A stretch of DNA of 64,000 bases from Leptolyngbyaceae cyanobacterium (GTDB taxonomy: Bacteria > Cyanobacteriota > Cyanobacteriia > Phormidesmidales > Phormidesmidaceae): contig CBDHHL010000032.1 of NCBI GenBank assembly GCA_965263355.1, forward strand, positions 256,001 through 320,000, written 5' to 3'. The notes under the pieces are model-generated. The model was not told the DNA's origin. It saw only the letters and a program-made list of their open reading frames with translations, and searched no databases. The translations under genes were made by a program, and so were the position numbers. Shown in pieces: positions 10,349-19,299 of the stretch; within the stretch, counting starts at the first letter, position 1, and each line of letters opens with the position of its first letter.

Positions 10349-11377
10349 TCACTGGACCTTACTCAAAATACTCGACGATAGCTCCTCTCCCTTATACTCC
10401 CGATTAGGTGGCTCAAACCCACAGGAAGTTCCATCGGTATAAACAACATCATCTTCCCAGGGCAATCGGTAATTGCCTGCCACCATATCTTTCATATAGG
10501 TATAAGGACAATCTTGGGCACCCCCTTTAACCGCAACATAGCCCCGGTGACCAAACTGGTAAATATTGTTCTCAACAGACCAGTATTGACGGGCTTCGCG
10601 GACTAGATCTGGACGCACCTCAGCCGTAATAATTTCATCGGGGCGATGGCTACCCATGGCCAGAGGCTCACCGTCAAAGTTGACGATCATGCCTTCCCCC
10701 ATAGAGTCAAAGGTGCCATCAGTGCCGCACATACACACAGACGCCGTCACCATTAGATTGCAAAATGAATTAGCCTGATTGGTAACGCGCCAGCTGTGGC
10801 GAATGGGCGCTGTGTAGCCTGCCGTACGAATCATAATCTCGGCCCCTTTGTAGGCACATTCTCTAGCCATTTCAGGGAACATGCCATCATGGCAAATAAT
10901 CAGGGCTAGCTTACTGCCATTAGGCCCATCGCATACTGGAATGCCTATATTTCCTGGTTCCCAAGGTTCTACCGGCACCCATGGATGGAGTTTGCGATAG
11001 TAGAGTTTGAGTTCTCCGTTGTCGTCGATAATGATGCCGCTATTGTAGGGATTGCCATCGATGTTTAACTCCATAATCGAGAAACATCCCCAGATTTGAT
11101 TATCGATACAGGCCTGACGAAAGGCAGCGACTTCTGGTCCGTCCAATCGACACATAATGTCTGGGTTAGTATCCATGGACAGACCATGGAGTGAATATTC
11201 TGGGAAGACAACCAGGTCCATGGTGGGCATATTACGCCGGGCCTTGGCCACCATGGCACAGATGCGTTGGGTTTGGGCGGCTAAGTCATCAGGCGTTACT
11301 ACATTAGGGAGCTGAAGCTGCACCATCCCAAGGACAACACCATTTGGAGTTTTGTTGAGGCCACCCAGTCCGCTCAT
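10349..11377 (-). CDS. amiF: Formamidase (AmiF type, nitrilase superfamily)
   Basis: MSGLGGLNK N-terminus; Glu-Lys-Cys triad FPEYS / YRKLHPWVP / IICHDGMFPE. Confidence 0.88.
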   Translation of the reverse strand: MSGLGGLNKTPNGVVLGMVQLQLPNVVTPDDLAAQTQRICAMVAKARRNMPTMDLVVFPEYSLHGLSMDTNPDIMCRLDGPEVAAFRQACIDNQIWGCFSIMELNIDGNPYNSGIIIDDNGELKLYYRKLHPWVPVEPWEPGNIGIPVCDGPNGSKLALIICHDGMFPEMARECAYKGAEIMIRTAGYTAPIRHSWRVTNQANSFCNLMVTASVCMCGTDGTFDSMGEGMIVNFDGEPLAMGSHRPDEIITAEVRPDLVREARQYWSVENNIYQFGHRGYVAVKGGAQDCPYTYMKDMVAGNYRLPWEDDVVYTDGTSCGFEPPNREYKGEELSSSILSKVQ

Positions 11378-11614
11378 CGTTATATTCCTATTTTAAAAGA
11401 GCAATAGTTAGGATAAGCAACTTGTAGAGAATTTTCTGTGACAATTGTTTCAAGTTGACTATATTACGGAAATAATAAAGCTCTAATGGTTATAGAGCCT
11501 GGGTTATAGAAATTCAATGGAATACTTCCATTTCAACTTTCTTCTCCAATGTGTATTTCAAGGCGACCAATGGAACTACGGCTATAATTAGAGTCTAGCC
11601 AATGGGACTACCCC

Positions 11615-12064
11615 ATGACTTTACAAGAACTACAATCTCAACTCCTAGCCCTCTCCACTGAGGAACAAGCCCAGGCTATCCAATTGCTGACCGCCAACCT
11701 CAATGGCACTTGGAGTAACATTACAAAACTTCCAGACGGTACCCAGGGGGATGCCTTTATTGGCCAAACTGGTATTGCTGTTTGGTTTCTGGTGCATCGC
11801 CACAACCAAGGCACCACAGATGCTGACCTGCTAGCCGAGTACCCTGACCTGACTGCTATTGATTTAGCCAATGCCTGGCTCTACAACCAACTCCACACCA
11901 ACGAAATTCAAGCCGCGATTCAGTTCCATACCACCGACCAAGCATCAGATCCAGACGACGATCCCACAGACGAGGTTTTGAGCGACCTTAAACAAGCCTG
12001 GCAAGAAGCTCAATCTGGCCATACAATTCCCCTGGCTCAAATGTGGGATGGTATCGATGCCTGA
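11615..12064 (+). CDS. DUF433-like domain fused to a C-terminal antitoxin-like segment
   Basis: GDAFIGQTGIAVW...LLAEYPDLTAIDLANAW (DUF433-like), then DPDDDPTDEVLSDLKQAWQEAQSG...PLAQMWDGID; overlaps the toxin start. Confidence 0.7.
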   Translation: MTLQELQSQLLALSTEEQAQAIQLLTANLNGTWSNITKLPDGTQGDAFIGQTGIAVWFLVHRHNQGTTDADLLAEYPDLTAIDLANAWLYNQLHTNEIQAAIQFHTTDQASDPDDDPTDEVLSDLKQAWQEAQSGHTIPLAQMWDGIDA

Positions 12065-12401
12065 TGAATTATCCTCTATTCGTATTGAGCTAGCCCCTAC
12101 ATTTCAGCGTCAGCTCAAAAAGTTGGCAAAACGTTATCGCAGTATTCGAAAAGATGTTGAATCTATTACTCAACAACTGGCAGCAGGTCAGATGATTGGG
12201 GTTCAGGTACCTGGTATCGATTATCCTGTCTACAAAGTCCGCATTAAAAATAGCGATATCCAAAAGGGTAAAAGTTCTGGCTACCGGATGATTTACTACT
12301 TAAAAACTGCCGACCTGATTATTTTGCTCACAATTTACTCAAAGGCTGATCGAGCTAACATTAACATTAGCGAGATTGAAGAGATTTTAGCTGAAATGTA
12401 A
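12057..12401 (+). CDS. Type II toxin, RelE/ParE (HigB-like) family
   Basis: PTFQRQLKKLAKRYRS, YKVRIKNSDIQKGKSSGYRMIYY, LLTIYSK. Confidence 0.88.
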   Translation: MPDELSSIRIELAPTFQRQLKKLAKRYRSIRKDVESITQQLAAGQMIGVQVPGIDYPVYKVRIKNSDIQKGKSSGYRMIYYLKTADLIILLTIYSKADRANINISEIEEILAEM

Positions 12402-13013
12402 TCCGCTGTTGCAAGCTAAACCTATGAGCCAGACCCACTCAAAGATCCTGTTAGATTATGGTCTGACCTAACTCAACGATAACAAAGTAGGCTTCTTAGC
12501 ATAGGTTTTGGGCTTTGCGATCTCAACCAGCATTCAATTTACCCATACATTGCCTTCCAAGGAGAGAAATTAAAACTGACGTTTGTCCTTTAATTGTACA
12601 GAAAAAACAGCATTGCTTTGGTCATTTCCACCCAACCGTAACCTTGGCAAGTTGTTATTAGCAAACAAATATATTATTCCAAAAACCCCAGCCATTAAGC
12701 CTAAGCCAGATAAGGTTGTAATTATAAAAAATTTATCCTTGACCATGCCAAATTAATCAGTTATGTAAAATCTGTCCTTACCCTTACCAAAGTTGTCATA
12801 GATGCACGATAAACCTGCTCGAAATGCCAACGGCCTTAAAGACCTGATAGTCAAACAGCTGGGAGCAATGAGTGTATTAATTTCTGGACGGACATATAAA
12901 TACTTAGTTCCTGCAGTCAAGAATTACAACTTGGTTCGCTACGAACATTTTGGTCAGAGATAGAAATGGTATGCCTGCTGTAGAGCTATTGGCTGCAAGT
13001 CAGATAAATACCC

Positions 13014-13697
13014 ATGGGCCGTTACGTAACCTCAGACCCCTATCCCTACCCTTACAATGGCGATCTGCGCCCAGACAATACGGCGCTGATTATCATTGAT
13101 ATGCAAACCGACTTTTGCGGCCAGGGTGGCTATGTGGACAAAATGGGGTATGACCTGTCTCTGACCCGTGCCCCGATTGAGCCATTGCAGACCCTGCTAG
13201 CAACTATGCGAGAGCTGGGCTATGTCATTTTGCATACCCGTGAAGGCCATCGGCCTGACCTATCCGATTTACCTGAAAACAAACAGTGGCGTTCTCGCCA
13301 AATTGGTGCGGGTATCGGCGATCCGGGTCCCTGTGGCCGTATCCTGGTCCGGGGTGAAGCAGGCTGGGACATTATTCCTGAGCTGGCTCCTCTATCAGGG
13401 GAAACGGTGATTGATAAACCTGGCAAAGGGGCCTTCTTTGCCACCGACTTAGACCTACTGTTGCGCCGTAAACAGATTCAAAACCTTATTCTCACGGGCA
13501 TCACTACCGATGTGTGTGTGCATACCACTATGCGCGAAGCCAATGACCGGGGGTATGAGTGTCTAGTGCTGGCAGATTGTACAGGAGCCACTGACTACGG
13601 TAATTATTTAGCGGCACTTAAGATGATTAAGATGCAGGGCGGTGTTTTTGGCGCAGTGGCCACATCGACTGAGCTGATTGAGGCCATCAAGGGTTAG
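13014..13697 (+). CDS. biuH: Biuret amidohydrolase (isochorismatase-like cysteine hydrolase)
   Basis: [54 protein letters not shown], matching the characterised BiuH signature. Confidence 0.9.
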   Translation: MGRYVTSDPYPYPYNGDLRPDNTALIIIDMQTDFCGQGGYVDKMGYDLSLTRAPIEPLQTLLATMRELGYVILHTREGHRPDLSDLPENKQWRSRQIGAGIGDPGPCGRILVRGEAGWDIIPELAPLSGETVIDKPGKGAFFATDLDLLLRRKQIQNLILTGITTDVCVHTTMREANDRGYECLVLADCTGATDYGNYLAALKMIKMQGGVFGAVATSTELIEAIKG

Positions 13698-13700
13698 CGC

Positions 13701-15251
13701 ATGGATACTACTGCTACACTCCCCGCCCTTAGTAAAGTTCAGGCTCCACCTCAGCTAGATGTGGTGGCAATGACCAAGCGATTTGGCAGCTTAACGGCCC
13801 TCGATCACGTATCCATGGGGCTTAAGCCAGGTACAGTCCATGCGTTGTTGGGGGAAAATGGGGCTGGTAAAAGTACCCTGGTGAAATGTGTTATGGGCTT
13901 TTATCGTCCGACATCGGGGCAGATATTAATCGACCAGCAACCGCAGGTGATCCATAGCCCTAAGGATGCCCATGGCTATGGTATTGGTATGGTATACCAG
14001 CATTTCACTTCGGTACCTGCGATGACGGTTGCCGAGAATCTAGTCCTGGCTCGCTACGACAGCCAATCGATTATTAATTGGAAACAAGAATCTGAACAGT
14101 TACAGGCATTTATTGAACAGTCTCCATTTAAGGTTGATTTGCACACCCCTGTTGCTCAGCTAGCGGCTGGAGAAAAACAAAAGCTGGAAATTCTTAAACA
14201 GCTTTACCTTAAAAGCCGCATTTTAATTTTGGATGAGCCCACCTCAGTGCTGACTCCTGGAGAGGCAGACGAAGTATTGGGGCTGTTGCGCTCAGAAGTG
14301 GTTAAGGGGAACTTGAGCATTCTGCTGATCACTCACAAGTTTCGGGAAGTACAGGCATTTGCAGATGACGTAACTATCCTGCGCAAAGGTCAGCTGGCAG
14401 GGCAGGGAGCGGTGTCAGATCTGTCTGTAGAAGATCTAGCTCAAATGATGTTGGGCAAAGCTCGGGAAACTAAATCGGTTAATAAGATTGACATTGATGA
14501 CAACACACCGGTTCTTTCCATTCAAGCTATTTGTGCAGCTCGTGATAATGGATTGCCTGCTATAGACGATATAAATCTCACCGTTCATCGGGGAGAGATT
14601 GTGGGAATTGCGGGGGTTTCGGGCAACGGTCAGCGGGAGTTAGTGGAGGTACTTGCGGGACAGCGAACGCCTACCGCTGGACAGCTTACGGTTAATGGTG
14701 AGACGTATACGGCGACACGGGCTGAAATGTTTCGCCATCAGGTCTATGCATTACCTGAAGAACCCCTGCGCAATGCCTGTGTGCCGACGATGAGTGTGGC
14801 GGAGAATATGGCCCTGCGCACCTTTGATCGTCCGCCCCAGGCTCGGTGGAACTGGCTGTTAATTTTAAAGGCCATGCGGCAAATGGCTCAAAATTTGGTA
14901 AACACATTTTCGGTTAAAACGCCGACGGTGGAAACCCCGGTGGGTAATTTATCAGGGGGGAATGTGCAACGTACGGTACTGGCCCGAGAACTGTCGTCGG
15001 CGTCGGTAAAACTGTTAATTGCGGCTAATCCTTGCTTTGGGCTAGACTTTGCTGCTGTTGATTTTATTCACAATGCCATTGTGGATGCTCGCAATCGTGG
15101 GGTGGCGGTCTTGTTGGTCAGTGAAGATTTGGATGAGTTATTGGCATTAGCCGATCGCATTCTTGTGATCAGCGAGGGTAAGTTTGTCTATAAAAGCGCA
15201 ATTGCTGAGGCTGACTTGAGTCTGATTGGACAGCGTATGGCGGGTCATTAA
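13701..15251 (+). CDS. Sugar/nucleoside-type (CUT2) ABC ATP-binding protein, duplicated NBD
   Basis: GENGAGKST, MVYQHF, LDEPT, second domain GVSGNGQ and LSGGNVQR. Confidence 0.92.
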   Translation: MDTTATLPALSKVQAPPQLDVVAMTKRFGSLTALDHVSMGLKPGTVHALLGENGAGKSTLVKCVMGFYRPTSGQILIDQQPQVIHSPKDAHGYGIGMVYQHFTSVPAMTVAENLVLARYDSQSIINWKQESEQLQAFIEQSPFKVDLHTPVAQLAAGEKQKLEILKQLYLKSRILILDEPTSVLTPGEADEVLGLLRSEVVKGNLSILLITHKFREVQAFADDVTILRKGQLAGQGAVSDLSVEDLAQMMLGKARETKSVNKIDIDDNTPVLSIQAICAARDNGLPAIDDINLTVHRGEIVGIAGVSGNGQRELVEVLAGQRTPTAGQLTVNGETYTATRAEMFRHQVYALPEEPLRNACVPTMSVAENMALRTFDRPPQARWNWLLILKAMRQMAQNLVNTFSVKTPTVETPVGNLSGGNVQRTVLARELSSASVKLLIAANPCFGLDFAAVDFIHNAIVDARNRGVAVLLVSEDLDELLALADRILVISEGKFVYKSAIAEADLSLIGQRMAGH

Positions 15252-15255
15252 GTCT

Positions 15256-15603
15256 GTGATTTTACCTGATTTGTTTTCCCTTGTTGACCACCCAGACCGT
15301 TTATCCTGGGAACCCTTTCGTCCGGGTGTTGAGATTCATCGTCTTTACGGTGATGGTCAACAAGGACCGGCAGCAGCGTTATTAAAATACGAACCGGGGG
15401 CGAGTGTACCAGTCCACGACCACACAGGCTATGAACATATTATTGTGTTGTCGGGTGCTCAACGAGATCATCAGGGTAATCATCGGGCGGGTACCCTCGT
15501 GATTAATCCACCAGACTCAAGTCACGCTGTGGTCAGTGATGAGGGTTGTATTGTGCTAATCATTTGGGAAAAACCTGTTGTTATTCAAGGAACCAGCGAT
15601 TAA
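15256..15603 (+). CDS. ChrR-like cupin domain protein
   Basis: LLKYEPGASVPVHDHTGYEHIIVLSG...SSHAV; GTG start right after the ATPase stop (start uncertain). Confidence 0.8.
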   Translation: MILPDLFSLVDHPDRLSWEPFRPGVEIHRLYGDGQQGPAAALLKYEPGASVPVHDHTGYEHIIVLSGAQRDHQGNHRAGTLVINPPDSSHAVVSDEGCIVLIIWEKPVVIQGTSD

Positions 15604-16284
15604 ATGTCGATGATTACTGCACAGCCCTATGATTATGAGTTACCTGCGGGCAATCAAGTTGCTTTGGTGATTATTGATATGCAACGAGACTTTCTTGAAC
15701 CCGGTGGGTTTGGAGAGGCGTTGGGCAATGATGTGTCTCGCCTGCAAGCGATTGTACCGACAGTTCAAATGCTACAACAGTTTTTTAGAGACCAGGGATT
15801 GCTGATTATCCAAACTAAAGAAGGGCATCAGGCGGATCTGGGGGACTGTCCGCTTGCCAAACGAGAACGGGGACGGGGTGCTTTAAAGATTGGTGATAAA
15901 AGTCCGATGGGGCGAATTTTGGTATTGGGCGAACCGGGCAATGAGATTATTCCGGAACTGCAGCCAAAATCGGATGAAATTGTTGTTGCGAAACCAGGGA
16001 AGGGGGCGTTTTATCAGACTGAGTTAGATGCGGTGTTGCGATCGCACCAAATCACCCACCTAATTTTCACGGGCGTCACCACCGAAGTCTGTGTCCAAAC
16101 TACCATGCGAGAAGCCAACGACCGTGGCTATGAATGTCTGCTGGTAGAAGATGCCACCGAAAGCTATTTTCCAGAATTTAAGCAGGCTACGCTAGACATG
16201 ATCCGTGCCCAGGGTGGCATTGTCGGTTGGACAGCTACAGCCCAGCAAACCATAGCGGGCATTAGTCATTTGGACGGGGGTTAA
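15604..16284 (+). CDS. trtA: Triuret amidohydrolase (cysteine hydrolase)
   Basis: IDMQRDFLEPGGFGEALGND, GVTTEVCVQT, ESYF, AQGGIVGW, the TrtA-type signature distinct from BiuH; adjacent to biuH. Confidence 0.85.
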   Translation: MSMITAQPYDYELPAGNQVALVIIDMQRDFLEPGGFGEALGNDVSRLQAIVPTVQMLQQFFRDQGLLIIQTKEGHQADLGDCPLAKRERGRGALKIGDKSPMGRILVLGEPGNEIIPELQPKSDEIVVAKPGKGAFYQTELDAVLRSHQITHLIFTGVTTEVCVQTTMREANDRGYECLLVEDATESYFPEFKQATLDMIRAQGGIVGWTATAQQTIAGISHLDGG

Positions 16285-16370
16285 CGGCGACCCACCACCG
16301 CTAGTCCAATGCCGCCTAAAATCATTAAGGATGCCAACAACATTTGAGGTATGGCATTAAGGGTAGCCAT
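16281..16370 (-). pseudogene. 29-aa hydrophobic ORF, probable C-terminal remnant of a DMT/EamA transporter
   Basis: MATLNAIPQMLLASLMILGGIGLAVVGRR*; its stop shares TTAA with the trtA stop. Confidence 0.4.
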
Positions 16371-16503
16371 CCCTAGTCTAAGTTTTTTCAGGGTATTTGA
16401 GCGTCTGTGAATGCTACGGAAGGTTTACATAGTAGCCGTATAGATAGTTTGATTTCCTCTAAGAGCTTACAATTATTGTAAATCACCGAGGAAATCTACG
16501 ATT

Positions 16504-17556
16504 ATGGCTAAAACCGTAAAAATCCTATCCTGTGATGGCGGTGGATTTCGAGGCCTACTGGCGGCAAAACTATTAGAGGCCCTAGAAGCAGAAATACAAG
16601 CGCTTAAACCTGAATCTTCCCTAGCCGATTGCTTTGATTTCTTTGCCGGTACTTCAACGGGCAGCATCATCGCCTGCGGCCTCGCTAAAGGTATGAAGGC
16701 TAAAGAAATTAGCGATTTTTATGAACAGAAAGGAGAAAAAATATTTCCTAAAATGGGGATTCCCTTTTGGGCGAAAGAGGCCATCAGACGGATAAAAAGT
16801 CTCCGTTTCACCTTACCCCTGTTTAGTCCCGAGGGTCTAGAAGATGTTCTGTCATCTGATAATATATTTCCCGACAACCTACTATTCGAAGATTTAGCAA
16901 AACCAACCCTGGTTGTCAGCTACGATACCTACAATAGAAAAGCTGTTGTCTTCAAAAGCACAGGAGATAAATCTGCCAAAGTCCCCGTTTGGCAAGTGTG
17001 TCGTGCCTCTGCGGCTGCTCCTGTCGCCTTTCCTGCTTATCTCTTAAAGAATGAACAGTTTGAAAAAGAGCATAAGACAGGAGGAAAGGTTGAAGGCGAT
17101 CTGCCAAGGGTAGTTCCCAAACAGGGTATTCCTTTAATTGATGGTGGAATTCTGGCTAATAATCCAACGTTGTGTGCGATCGCAGAAAAGGTACGTAGTA
17201 GTGAAATATCATTAGACAATATCCTGGTCGCCTCATTTGGCACAGGGCAAGTAATGGATAGAATCGAGCCCCAAGAAGCCACAACCTGGGGAGGCTTAGC
17301 CTGGTCTTCGCTAGCAAACAGTATTCCCTTGTATCAAGTATGTTCCGACGGATCTGCCGACGTAATCGACTATATTGCTGAAAGTTTATTAAAAACCAAC
17401 TATTTGCGCTATCAGCCCGTGATTAGTCGTAAAGCATCATCATTTGAAGCTGACAAAGCAAATCAAGTGCGCCTGACAGACGCCGCTAATGACTATCTAG
17501 AAAAAAGCGGCAGGCAGCGCCTGCAGGCATTAGCCAAGAAACTGATTGAGTCCTAA
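16504..17556 (+). CDS. Patatin-like phospholipase
   Basis: DGGGFRG, GTSTG nucleophile elbow, ASAAAP, DGG..NNP. Confidence 0.92.
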   Translation: MAKTVKILSCDGGGFRGLLAAKLLEALEAEIQALKPESSLADCFDFFAGTSTGSIIACGLAKGMKAKEISDFYEQKGEKIFPKMGIPFWAKEAIRRIKSLRFTLPLFSPEGLEDVLSSDNIFPDNLLFEDLAKPTLVVSYDTYNRKAVVFKSTGDKSAKVPVWQVCRASAAAPVAFPAYLLKNEQFEKEHKTGGKVEGDLPRVVPKQGIPLIDGGILANNPTLCAIAEKVRSSEISLDNILVASFGTGQVMDRIEPQEATTWGGLAWSSLANSIPLYQVCSDGSADVIDYIAESLLKTNYLRYQPVISRKASSFEADKANQVRLTDAANDYLEKSGRQRLQALAKKLIES

Positions 17557-18977
17557 GGGGACTGCACAAGTTTAAATGGGGTGGCTCCTAATTGGGGATT
17601 ACAAGCCCTATGAAAGGCTGCCCCCAGGCCTACCAGATAGTTGTCGCTAAAGGGTGGGGCGATCAATGTGATCCCAGTGGGAATGCCATTGGATTGAAAG
17701 CCGTTGGGGATTGCGATCGCACTTAAATCCAGTAAATTTACAAAATTCGTGTAGTATCCCAGGTTAGCATTCAGCGTCAGCGGCTCTGCTTCAACTTCAT
17801 CAATGCGATAGATTGTCCCCGTGGTCGGTACCACCAAACAATCAACCTGATGCCACAGCGACTGAATCTTTCGCTTCAATCTTTCAACAGCATAGAGACC
17901 TTCAAATGCTTTGACTGCCGTAATCTCATTTGCCTTGAGAAGAATCTCACGGGTAATGGGAAAAACAGCGTCTGGATTAGCTTTGACAAAAGCCCCGACT
18001 GATACATAGCGTTCTGCCACCCAAGGACCGTTAAATAATAAGTTGTTAGCGTCTAAAAACGGCGTGTAATCAATATTAATCCGGGTGCTGCCCAAGTCTA
18101 TGAGGGTTTTGATCGCATTTTCATACCGTGCCTCTACATCAGTATTACCAAAAAACTTTTGTTGATTAGGCCGAGGGACGCCAAATCGAAATGCTTGTTT
18201 GGGGTGATAGGACTTTAAATGAACTGGAGGAACCGCTGCGGGGCGGGAAAACGGATTTACCGGGTCATAGCCCTGGGCAATTTCTAGCACTGTCTGGGCA
18301 TCTGTTGCTGTTAGGGCAAATATTGAGAGACAATCTAACGTTCTGCAGGCGTCTACCGTATGACGGGTACTTAGCAAACCGCGTGTGGGCTTAAGCCCGA
18401 CAATGTTGTTAAATCCAGCGGGGACTCGGCCAGAGCCCCCTGTGTCGGTTCCAATGGCAAAGGAGACTAAGCCAGTGGCCACGGACAGGGCTGCCCCTGA
18501 GCTGGACCCACCAGGGATGTAGTCTTTTGAGAAGGCATTGTGGGGGACTGTATATCCAGTACGAATGCCCACCAGGCCTGTGGCAAACTGGTCTAAATTG
18601 GTTTTACCAATGAGTATTGCCCCTGCATCGAGTAATTTTTGGACGGCTGGGTTGGTGTGGGTGGCTTGGTAGGTAAAGGCAGGACAGGCAGCAGATGTAG
18701 GGGTGCCTACAATATCAATACAGTCTTTAACGCTAAAGGGGATGCCCCATAGGGGGAGTTGCGATCGCTGACTGACTGGCATATTCGCCAGGGCCATAGC
18801 CCGTTTAATCAATGCTTCTTCAGGTAATGTGTAGAGCCAAATACCATCATCACCACACCGGTCTAGGGCAGTAATGATGGTTTTGATTACCTGTACAGGG
18901 GTTAATGTCCCTTGTCTATAACCTTGTTGCAGGGAAGAAATTGTTAGGGGAATCCCTAAATCCGTCTGCATAGCCAT
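17553..18977 (-). CDS. atzF: Allophanate hydrolase (amidase-signature domain only)
   Basis: GIPFSVKD, GKTNLDQFATGLVG, GGSSSG, GTDTGGSGRVPA, NLGYYTNFVNLLD; ends before the usual C-terminal domain. Confidence 0.88.
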   Translation of the reverse strand: MAMQTDLGIPLTISSLQQGYRQGTLTPVQVIKTIITALDRCGDDGIWLYTLPEEALIKRAMALANMPVSQRSQLPLWGIPFSVKDCIDIVGTPTSAACPAFTYQATHTNPAVQKLLDAGAILIGKTNLDQFATGLVGIRTGYTVPHNAFSKDYIPGGSSSGAALSVATGLVSFAIGTDTGGSGRVPAGFNNIVGLKPTRGLLSTRHTVDACRTLDCLSIFALTATDAQTVLEIAQGYDPVNPFSRPAAVPPVHLKSYHPKQAFRFGVPRPNQQKFFGNTDVEARYENAIKTLIDLGSTRINIDYTPFLDANNLLFNGPWVAERYVSVGAFVKANPDAVFPITREILLKANEITAVKAFEGLYAVERLKRKIQSLWHQVDCLVVPTTGTIYRIDEVEAEPLTLNANLGYYTNFVNLLDLSAIAIPNGFQSNGIPTGITLIAPPFSDNYLVGLGAAFHRACNPQLGATPFKLVQSP

Positions 18978-19046
18978 AGTAATGTCTTGTTGCGGTGTGT
19001 TGGCAGATAGGCACTATAACAGACTAGTCAGAAGCTATCCTACTCT

Positions 19047-19149
19047 GACAATAAACCATTGGTCCGACAATAAACCATTGGATTTAGGGACTCTGATAGA
19101 TTTGCAGAATTACTTTTTTATGATCCCATAGTTTTTTATAGATCCATAG
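19047..19149. promoter_or_regulatory. Two pairs of direct repeats in the divergent atzF/importer promoter region
   Basis: GACAATAAACCATTGG at 19047 and 19066; TTTTTTATGATCCCATAG (19114) and TTTTTTATAGATCCATAG (19132). Confidence 0.5.
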
Positions 19150-19299
19150 ATTTTATTTATTAGTAGGGCCTGACTTACCAGACGTTTTGTAGTAGAAGAC
19201 ACGATCTAAATATCTATAACTGTCAAAGTAATCTCTAACGTGCAAGGTATTGATCAGTTGATAAGGTTATTAATTATCCCGTAGGGATTGGAGGCGGTC

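Noticed and set aside
11454..11467. NtcA box upstream of amiF (GTA-N8-AAC on the minus strand)
   Set aside because: One mismatch and no -10 at the canonical distance; too weak to call
16504..17556. CBASS defence operon
   Set aside because: No CD-NTase or Cap2/Cap3 genes in the window
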